A stretch of 64,000 bases of DNA. Source: Macrostomum hystrix. Taxonomy: Eukaryota > Animalia > Platyhelminthes. Positions 49,301 through 57,100 of the stretch are shown here, piece by piece. The number at the start of each line of letters is the position of its first letter. The first letter of the stretch is position 1. The stretch covers positions 3,100,001 to 3,164,000 of the forward strand of contig CATNEN010000008.1 of the NCBI GenBank assembly GCA_950097015.1, in the 5' to 3' direction. The position numbers and the translations under genes are program-made. The notes beneath the pieces were generated by a model that was not told where the DNA came from, ran no database searches, and was given only the letters and a program-made list of their open reading frames with translations.

Positions 49301-52300
49301 CGGCGAGGTGAGCGAAGTTTGGGACGAATTTTGACAAGAAGTTCGCGGTGCCAAGGAATGAGCGGACGTCGGAAACGTTTTCAGGTTGCCGAAAGCTCTG
49401 CATGGCCTCAATTTTCTCAGCAGCTGGCTCCATGCCCCGAGCAGTCAGGCGCATGCCGAGAAACTCGATGGACGGTCGGGAGAACCTGCACTTGTCCCTG
49501 TTGAGGGTGATGCCGTACTCACGCAGGCGCTGAAGGCACGCGTCCAGTCTCTTATGGTGTTGCTTTAAATCAGATGCGTAGATCACCACGTCATCGTGCG
49601 CCCACCGGACGCCTTCAATGTCGCTGAGGATGCCCAGCATGATCCGTTGCAAAATCTCCGAGGCATTCGTGAACCCCATGCTAAGTCTTTTAAGTCGCAT
49701 TAGTCCGAGAGGCGTGCTGAAGGTGAAGTAGTGGCGGCTGTCTTCGTGAACTGGAATCTGGTAGAACGCCTTGCGGATGTCTAGTTCACTGAAAATTTTA
49801 GCGTTGGCCATCTCCTCCGTGATCTCTTCTAGCGTGGGGATCTGTTGTTTCTCCGGTATAACGAAAGCGTTGAGGTCGCGGAGATCCTGGCAGATTCTGA
49901 CGCCCCCGTCGGTCTTGGGCACTACTACCATACGGGATACCCAGGCGCTTGGTCCTTTGACGGCCTCAATAATGTCCTGCTTCTCTAGTGCCCGGAGTTC
50001 GTTAACTACGGCTTCTTTGAGGTGAGCAGCTACCCGGGAAGGCGCCTGGCATACCGGAATGGCATTTTCGGATAGCTGGACTTTGACCTCTACGCCCTTG
50101 ATGCAGCCGATGCCGTTGAATGCCTCTTTGTGCCGGTGCAGAATTGCGTCGAGTTGAGGATCGTTTGACTGCTGTGACGGCGTGTCAGAGACTGCGCTAA
50201 TTTCCTGCGCGTCGGAGATCTGTGGCCTCTGGATCTTCAGCACTCCAAGTTTGAATGCAGGCTGGCGTCCCAGAATAGTCAGGCCGTCGCCGTCCATGAT
50301 GTGAAATGTCGCGGTAGTCTTGGCTGCTCCAACTTTGATGTGGAGTTCGGCGACCCCTGCAATCTTTAGAGGTGTCGGTACCCCGTAGGCGCGGACTTCT
50401 GTTCTTGTTGGACGAAGGTCCGGTAGATTAAGAGTCCTGAAGGTTTTGAGACTCATGATACTACAGCTGGCTCCGCTATCAATCATCATGGGCAGTTGTC
50501 GATTTGCCACCTGTACGGACAGCGAGACGTCGGCTGGGTAGTCGCCGCCGTCGTACAGAGCAAACACATCTTCCTCCGTGGAGCCGTCAGCCGAACTGAA
50601 GACTGCATTAGTGCTGATTCTCTGCTGCTGGGTCCGGTTGCTGTGCATCTGTCGAGGCTGGCGGCAGGCCAAAGCGAGATGGTTGGGTTTGCCGCAGTTG
50701 CGGCAGATTTTACCTTTGGCTGCGTCACAGGTGGCGTGGCCTTTCTCGCCGCAGCGGTAACACGTGAGCTGCTTCTGATCGCCGGACCTGCTGCTCGTCA
50801 GAGTCGCGCCTCTTCTGTCAGGTTTCACCTTATCGCCATGGGCAACGCTCGCCACATGCGTCTCCGACTTCTCCATCTCGGTGGCCTGTTCATCGGCTGC
50901 CTCAAACGCCCTAGCCTTCCGTAGCGCCTCGTCAAGGCTGATGTTCGCTTCCTGGAGCAGCCGCCTGCGAAGCTTGTCGGATGAGCAAGTTGCCACGAGC
51001 TGGTCCCTGATGAGGGAGTCTTTGAGATTCTCGAACTCACACGGCTCTGCAGCTGTGCGCAATCTGGCGTACCATGCGTCAATAGATTCTCCAGCTGCCT
51101 GTGTGCTGAGGCGGAACTGGTATCTAGCGAAGACTACGTTTTTTCGAGCATTGAAGTGAGACTTTAGAGCGTCAAGCGTATGCGAGAGGGTGAGTTCGCC
51201 GGCCTGTGCTTTCGCTGTCAGGTCGGCGTTTTCACGGATGATGTCGGCGATTTCCTTGCCAGCTGTGTAGCTCAGTAGCTTGCATCTTTGCTTCTCGTTG
51301 GTGATGCCTGATGCATCAATGAAGTCTTCGAAACGAGACGCCCATTGATTCCAGCGCTTGCCCGCGTTGTGTGGGTCTGCTGATATTGCGAATGGCTCAG
51401 GCGGGGGCAGTGAGAGAAAGTTGGCTGTCATTTTTTTACCGCGCGGTAGGCGGCTTGCGATGCCACTGTAAGGAGTGCTGAGCCGAGAGATGATTTGTGT
51501 AGACGAAAAAGCCTAAAGCGAAGTAGGCTCTGAGCAATCGATTATATTTGATATTTGGTGATGAACATGCAACGTGCGGCCGATGGGTGCAGATGTACAT
51601 TAATCGCTCGCAACTCCACGCACACTACGATATAACTCAGGGCCTACAGCTAACACGGCTAAATGAACGCGCGCCCACTTGGCGCCTACATCAGTGAGCA
51701 GGTGTGTCAGTGAGCAGGTGTGTCAGTGAGCAGGTGTGTCAGTGAGCAGGTGTGTCAGTGAGCAGGTGTGTCGGTGAGCAGGTGTGTCGGTGGGCTTGTA
51801 TTCCCATAACGGTGCCAAGTTACTTCAATCCTCGCAGGCATGAAGCAGCTGATCACGCCCTTAATGGAGACAGCATTGGACAAGTTCCTGACGAAGAACC
51901 GGGAGAAGATTAGTCGACCGGGCGGTCTGGCGCTCAGCTTCTTGCGGCAAATCGCTTGTGTGAGCCAACGGAGCGGAGTACAATGGCTCGGGCCTTTAAT
52001 ATAACTCTTAAACATTTTTCATAATTAGATGTCGAGGACTTAATACCTTAGAAAATCTGCGTGTAGTTGCTCCCGCCGTTTACCCAATCAAACATAATAT
52101 TTGAGACTCGCTAAAATGCAGGGCATGAAATTTCTATCCGACAATGGAGTGTTCCACTGCGATCTGGCCACCCGCAATGTCCTGATGGAGAATCTCAACA
52201 GCCTCGTTGGTCCTCAGCTCAGAATCGGCGACTTCGGCCTGTCGGGCATGTTCAAAACCGATGCCAACTATTACCGCATGGCCGACGACCGCGAGCTGCC

Positions 52301-52682
52301 CATCGCCAACCTGCCGCCAACTGACATCTATGAGAACTGCATCTGCAAGACCACAGACAGCTGGAGCTTTGGCATCCTGATCTGGGAGCTCTTCAACGAT
52401 TGCCCAGTGCATCAGGGCTTCCAATTGCAGGGTATCTCCGAGCTAAAACTGGCACGGCTCAAGCAGTTCGTGACCGAAAAGCCCGAGTGCTACCTGTTGG
52501 ACCTGAAGCGTTTGCCCAACAACCTGAGTGAGCTGGTCAAGCGCTGCTGGGAGCCGGTCGCCAAGAAAAGAATAACTTTGCAGGAAATCTATTACGAGCT
52601 GCACGCTATGACCTCACTGGCTCTGCCATCCGAAGCCAACGGTCACTGCGGACCTGGCCAGTCAGAGCTCTCCACCACTTGA
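37368..52682 (+). CDS. JAK: Janus-kinase-like protein (FERM-like, degenerate SH2 region, pseudokinase, tyrosine kinase). Exons: 37368-37825, 38084-38630, 38841-39007, 39098-39429, 39695-39807, 42114-42368, 43188-43521, 44084-44422, 51838-51959, 52122-52682
   Basis: The spliced exons total 3228 nt with one open frame and compatible phases at all nine introns. FERM-like EKVGINPVYTVFFDL (JAK2: KACGITPVYHNMFAL). Pseudokinase LGSLVSLL...QCLSALIYL...HNNIKLSNILV...IRLSD (JAK JH2: HGNVCAKNILL...IKLSD). Kinase LGSGHYGAV, VAVK, HDNILK, HCDLATRNVLMEN, IGDFGL, NYY, SWSFGILIWELF. Confidence 0.85.
38648..38780. repeat. Short ~40-bp tandem repeat in JAK intron 2
   Basis: ACTCTCAGCTGACACTGTCAGACTATGGTCACACTGTCCA, about 3 copies. 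Confidence 0.75.
39448..39689 (+). mobile_element. SINE copy, same family, filling JAK intron 4
   Basis: GAGCGTTAAAGACGTTTGCCTC...GAGAGTGTACACTGCCTGAGAAAGTCAGGGCAGATG...CAGCCCTCCTACAATTATTATT. Confidence 0.65.
39943..42085. repeat. Variable 18-22-bp minisatellite GAGTGCAATGGACAGGTGG in JAK intron 5
   Basis: Read directly; generates the ~720-aa artefact ORFs. Confidence 0.96.
42378..43145. repeat. 33-bp minisatellite GTTCCAGTCTGATGGATTCCTGATTGGAACTCA in JAK intron 6, ~23 copies
   Basis: Period of 33; each unit carries inverted GTTCCA/TGGAAC. Confidence 0.95.
43555..44042. repeat. ~22-bp units then 16-bp GGGTCATTAGTGTGGT array in JAK intron 7
   Basis: Read directly from the sequence. Confidence 0.93.
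46810..51690 (-). mobile_element. Full-length Ty3/Gypsy LTR retrotransposon (Mag-like organisation)
   Basis: 224-bp TG...CA LTRs at 46810-47033 and 51467-51690 that read identical. 5-bp TSD TCAGT on both sides. Polypurine tract GGGGAGAAG before the 3' LTR. PBS-like TGGCATCGC after the 5' LTR. Single gag-pol ORF. Confidence 0.97.
47190..51431 (-). CDS. Gag-Pol polyprotein (1413 aa): Gag with two zinc knuckles, protease, RT, RNase H, integrase
   Basis: CYRCGEKGH and CRNCGKPNHLALAC; MIDSGAS; YQIP...AHDDVVI; VDASPVGLGAIL; HTGHLG...CTLC, MDFYGP, TDNGP, NGATERVN. The order PR-RT-RH-IN is the Gypsy type. Confidence 0.96.
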   Translation of the reverse strand: MTANFLSLPPPEPFAISADPHNAGKRWNQWASRFEDFIDASGITNEKQRCKLLSYTAGKEIADIIRENADLTAKAQAGELTLSHTLDALKSHFNARKNVVFARYQFRLSTQAAGESIDAWYARLRTAAEPCEFENLKDSLIRDQLVATCSSDKLRRRLLQEANISLDEALRKARAFEAADEQATEMEKSETHVASVAHGDKVKPDRRGATLTSSRSGDQKQLTCYRCGEKGHATCDAAKGKICRNCGKPNHLALACRQPRQMHSNRTQQQRISTNAVFSSADGSTEEDVFALYDGGDYPADVSLSVQVANRQLPMMIDSGASCSIMSLKTFRTLNLPDLRPTRTEVRAYGVPTPLKIAGVAELHIKVGAAKTTATFHIMDGDGLTILGRQPAFKLGVLKIQRPQISDAQEISAVSDTPSQQSNDPQLDAILHRHKEAFNGIGCIKGVEVKVQLSENAIPVCQAPSRVAAHLKEAVVNELRALEKQDIIEAVKGPSAWVSRMVVVPKTDGGVRICQDLRDLNAFVIPEKQQIPTLEEITEEMANAKIFSELDIRKAFYQIPVHEDSRHYFTFSTPLGLMRLKRLSMGFTNASEILQRIMLGILSDIEGVRWAHDDVVIYASDLKQHHKRLDACLQRLREYGITLNRDKCRFSRPSIEFLGMRLTARGMEPAAEKIEAMQSFRQPENVSDVRSFLGTANFLSKFVPNFAHLAGPLRQLTKKGQVWEWTDKHTAAFESIKKAIGAAETLAFFDRRRQTELLVDASPVGLGAILTQRQPDGSSRPVAYASRALSAVEQRYAQIEREALAIKFGCLKFEHYLAGDPGFTVVTDHRPLVPLFKPGSRPPPRIERMALRIQHLRFDLIYRPGPTNPADLLSRQPLPESRRNVAEELDTAFVNAVSAGAVPKGFSLAQVREASRTDSGIQAALSAIRTGNWNIRDPAQRSYKTVSNELSESDGVLLRGDLIVIPETLRRPVLQLAHTGHLGADRTLKRLQTKVWWPRMRSDCESFVQCCTLCQAASTGARQTPLKPTQIPDGAWLTLGMDFYGPVQGQMLLVITDLYSKYPEVSFLNSSTAESVSPHLRRLFGRFGVPIEVVTDNGPPFNSAAFRSFLTTYGIRHRLICPLHPESNGATERVNRSIGKVIQTAVAEGRNWKEAIEDWLLAFRTTPHRATGRAPAELLMGRKMNDGIPTTKPSQPVEVNHEEVQDWHRNYVQDMKSRFDDRKAAQEHGIIDGSKVLRKQQPRNKLQLPFEPSPWTVKLVQGDTCVLQRGEQSCMRHVTQLRPLIESAGQSAGQSAGHSAGQSTGQSAGQSAGQSAGQSAGHSAGQSTGQSAGQSAGQSAGQSAGQSAGQSAGHSAGQSAGQSAGQSAGHSAGQSAGQSAGQSAGQPTANPSDCVATRQHPRAARSKVLSYKQ

Positions 52683-52684
52683 CG

Positions 52685-53325
52685 GGTGCCAACCTACACT
52701 CTGGGCTGGGGTAGGTGCCAGCTTACACTCTAGGCTGGGTGGGTGCCAGCTTACACTCTAGGCTGGGTGGGTGCCAGCTTACACTCTGGACTGGGGGGTG
52801 GGTATCAGCCTACACTCTGGGCTGGGGGTGGGTATCAGCCTACACTCCGGGCTGGGGTGGGTGTCAGCCTACACTCTGGACTGGGGTAGGTGCCAACCTA
52901 CACTCTGGGCTGGGGTAGGTGCCAGCTTACACTCTAGGCTGGGTGGGTGCCAGCTTACACTCTGGACTGGGGGGTGGGTATCAGCCTACACTCCGGGCTG
53001 GGGTGGGTGTCAGCCTACACTCTGGGCTGGGGGTGGGTATCAGCCTACACTCCGGGCTGGGGTGGGTGTCAGCCTACACTCTGGACTGGGGTGGGTTTCA
53101 GCCTACACTCCGGGCTGGGGTGGGTGTCAGCCTACACTCTGGACTGGGGTGGGTGTCAGCCTACACTCTAGGCTGGGTTGGGTGTCAGCCTACACTCTGG
53201 ACTGGGGTGGGTGTCAGCCTACACTCTGGACTGGGGTGGGTGTCAGCCTACACTCTGGACTGGGGTGGGTGTCAGCCTGTACTCTAGGCTGGGGTGGGTG
53301 TCAGCCTTCACTCTGAGCTGGGGTT
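52685..53325. repeat. 29-31-bp minisatellite GTGTCAGCCTACACTCTGGACTGGGGTGG directly after the JAK stop codon
   Basis: Read directly from the sequence. Confidence 0.93.
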
Positions 53326-54194
53326 GGGCAAGCCAACGAATCTTTATAATTCTCCTTTTACTCGTCATTAAGCGCCATTTTACATTTTTAAATGTTGTTT
53401 TTAGCTGGCCTGGACTAATTTTACTTTAATTTTTATGTAACTTTTTTCTGAATTTTCTCAGCCTATTTTTTTTGTGATTTGTTAGAGAATTGACTGGACA
53501 CTGGATGAAAGTAATGTAACGAATTTAATGAAGTTTTGCCTCATGAATAGAAAGCTTTAAAATTAATTAGCTTCAGCAGCTTATTGTATTTAGGCAGTAT
53601 TTTCTTGTATGATCATGCTTACATAATAAGCGTAAGCCTATTAAGCTAGAATTATTCAGTTTCTGCATATTGCCAACTTAACAAATAAATGATTTGTTGC
53701 TCTTGAGAGCATAACAGGTGTGGCTTGAAAGCAGAACTTTTGTTAAAGACAAATCTATTTATTGACAGCACCTCTAGTAAATAAATTGAGGTTTTCACAT
53801 GCAAGTACTTGTATAATTAACGCTCACACAATCACATAATTACAATTACATGAATTAATTAAAACAAAAATGTAATCTCATACTGTAATAAAACTATGGC
53901 ACAGTATGTTTCATTCTCATGAATATAGTTTAAATTTATAATCTCCGACGATTATAAACCTTAGATTATCCTGGAGAGAAACAAAATAATGTACGATTAG
54001 ATAAGATAATTTGAAATATGAGCACTGCCCCATTACAACTTTGGTAACAGTTAATGAGAATATGAATTTACTGCGAAGTAAACCCTACTAAAAGTTTAGT
54101 GGAAGCAACGGTGTACACAACCGCGATAGTCATTCGTCATTCGTAATTTTGTGATTTCGATTAAGCCATCTTAGATCTTAAAGTTGATCTCGAC

Positions 54195-57100
54195 TTACAA
54201 GTAGTCCAGACTGCTTTCTCGTTGGCTCTTATACTCGTCCTCTGCAGTGGGTGGCAAGGCCGTAAGATAATCGTCCTCTGCAGTGGGTGGCAAGACCGTA
54301 AGATAATCTTCCTCTGCAGTGGGTAGCAAGACTGTAAGATAATCGTCCTCTGCAGTGGGTGGCAAGACCGTAAGATAATCTTCCTCTGCAGTGGGTAGCA
54401 AGACTGTAAGATAATCGTCCTCTGCAGTGGGTGGCAAGACCGTAAGATAATCTTCCTCTGCAGTGGGTAGCAAGACTGTAAGATAATCGTCCTCTGCAGT
54501 GGGTAGCGAGACACTAAGATACTCGTCCTTTTTAATAGGTAACGAAATTGTTAAACACTTGGCCTCTGCGGCAGGTGGTGAGACTGCGACCATTTTTCGA
54601 AATTGGCACTGTTGATGCGATTGAGTTATTGGCGAAGCATTGATGTAGTTTATATCATATCTTGGTGCTACATCCTGTGAAATTTAATTTACTAAAGAAA
54701 TCCAATCAGCAAAACTCGACCGCACTCACCATGCTGAACTGCTCGGCTTGTCTCGGCTTGGTCGCTTGTTTTAAGCAGTTTGACTTCTGCCTGATGACTC
54801 TGAGCTGGAGAGAGTGAAATATTAGTATAACGGTTGATTCGGTGAATTAAAATGATTTTAAATCATCACTAAGTATTCCAGCCCACACTAGCAAATTCAC
54901 CAGACAAAAAACTGCCGCCACAATGACCGCCAGCACCAGTGCAGCGCAGAAGCCGCTGATGACCCAGAGCAGCCGAGCATGAGCAGCTGGGCACTTGAGC
55001 TCGGCGCTGGCCATGTGCTCAAACTGGTTGCCCGGCAGGATCTGCACTGCTGAGCACCTGACTGAGCCGCTGCATCCTGGCCGCTCCGTCAAGACCCGCC
55101 AGTGACTGACGAGGCCAGCTGCCTCCGAGTGCTGAAACCGTGAACTCAGTTTTCTATCGCACTGAATCAATCATGAGCCATGATGCCCTGTTAGTCAGCT
55201 CGCTCGGGGAAACCAATTGGATTTCTGTGCCTATCCGGATTGTCTGGGAAATGAGGATCTTATAGGGTCTGAGAATTTGATCTAGCCTCTGGGATTTGTG
55301 AATCGAGGATCAAAGATCTAAGGATCTGGCGTCTGATAATCTGATCTTGAATCTGAATATCTCAGGATCTGGGATTTGAGGATCTGTGATATTTGTGATC
55401 TGGGGATCTGGGACCTGGGGATCTGGGACCTGGGGATCTGGAAACTGGGGATCTGGAAACTGGGGATCTGGGACCTGGGGATCTGGGACCTGGGGATCTG
55501 GGACCTGGGGATCTGGAAACTGGGGATCTGGGACCTGGGGATCTGGGACCTGGGGATCTGGGACCTGGGGATCTGGGACTTAAGCTAGTCTGCTCTACCA
55601 GCTATAGCTGTTCCACAAACACGATCAAGCTCATACTAGAGGCCTTAAAAGAATTCCGTAAGAGTTCTATCAGTTGTAATAGCTTACCGGAGAAACGAGA
55701 GGAAGTTTTCGAATCTCAATTGTGCAGTTAGCATCAATAATGGTGCACCTGTGCTCAGGCGAGGGCTGAGCTGCAGAGGAGACAAACTGCACGGTGAGGC
55801 CTAGTGCGAGGTCGTTGCTGCAATTCAGCACCGTGGCTGACACACTCGATGGCTGTTCTGAGGAGTGACGTGCGGCAGCTGGTCCAGTTGGCTATAAGTC
55901 TGCATTCCACCTACCCCTAACTTCTTACCCTAACGATGGGGGTGAGATGCAGAGCGGTCAACGCGTTTACCTCTCGCACTAAAGTCCCAGAGTACAGACA
56001 GTAAAGGACAGAGTGCTTGACGATGAGAAAAGTCAGGGCAGATGTACACACCTGTGTGAGTCTGTGCCTGCGTATCTGTGTATCTGTGTACGTGTGTGCT
56101 CAGGAGTCAGCGAAATAGGAAAAATTGCTCCCCCTCGCTGGCTGCGGGTCCACTGTGACTAAATGATGTGCAATTGTCCGCAGCCCTCCTGCAATTATTA
56201 CCCGAACAATATTGATGCCTCCTATCTAAATGGTGCATGCAATTTGTGCGCCTTGACAGCTTCTGCAGTATCTGAAAGCCAGGCTTTTGGGTTGGCTGCT
56301 GCAAGAGACACTGAAGTTCCACCTCACTATAGAGATCGCTATCAATATCACGTGTTTTGACTCTGCTATTACCACTTATAAGCTATGTACTTTTGCCCTC
56401 AGATTCTACATAGGGTGTTAAAGCAGAACAGCATTTGCTTGAACTTAATATTTCGCATCCAAAGTGATCCAGGAGTTGTAAGAATGAGAAATAATAATTA
56501 CTCTGGCTTTTATTTCAGTTCTTTTTAGCAAAAACTACTTGACTCACTGAGCACAGTCACCATGGCTGATGCTTGAATTGAGTCCGCCTTGCAAGTGTAC
56601 TTTCCCGAGTGCAGAAGCTGCGCCCGATCGATTTTAAGCTGGCCATCCGCATGGCAACTACCAGTTGGGGTGCACAGCTGGATCCTATGGGATATTGTGC
56701 TCAGCTTCGAGTAGTCGCACAGCAGCTTGCAGCTCACAATGGCTGTTGAATTTTCTTTCACAAATTCAGGTTCAGAGCGAACACCTGGCCGTGTAAATAG
56801 ACAAAGACTCTGCTCTGATCGGTAGTCGGTACTTTAACTACAGTTTTAGACGGTACGCAGGCACACACTCACACAGGTGTGTGTGCTCATCTTGCCCGAA
56901 AAGTCCCAAATCCTTCTCTACATGGCTGCGCCCCGCCGCGTGGCCTCGCCGCGGAATTGAGCTCAGGAACCTCGGTTCGCCACTCAATCCCATTTCACTA
57001 CACAGATTCTAGATTCACTGCTATTCACATACAAAGTGCTGAATGATCACACCTGCACTCTGGGTATTTTGAGTAAAATGGCTGCTTTGGCTTATCGAAA

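Larger units (their letters stand above)
44453..51790. repeat. 16/18-bp minisatellite GTGTGTCAGTGAGCAG in JAK intron 8, split by the LTR element (44453-46809 and 51691-51790)
   Basis: The same unit lies on both sides of the retrotransposon. Confidence 0.95.

Noticed and set aside
47160-51159. Plus-strand ORFs overlapping gag-pol, and ORFs antisense to CDV3 (32095-33030) and the CUB exons
   Set aside because: Shadow ORFs of GC-rich coding sequence on the opposite strand, with no motifs of their own.
51452-51466. LTR primer-binding site complementary to the local tRNA-Gly
   Set aside because: tRNA-Gly-CCA would require TGGTGCATCGG; the element has TGGCATCGCAAG. The primer tRNA is unassigned.
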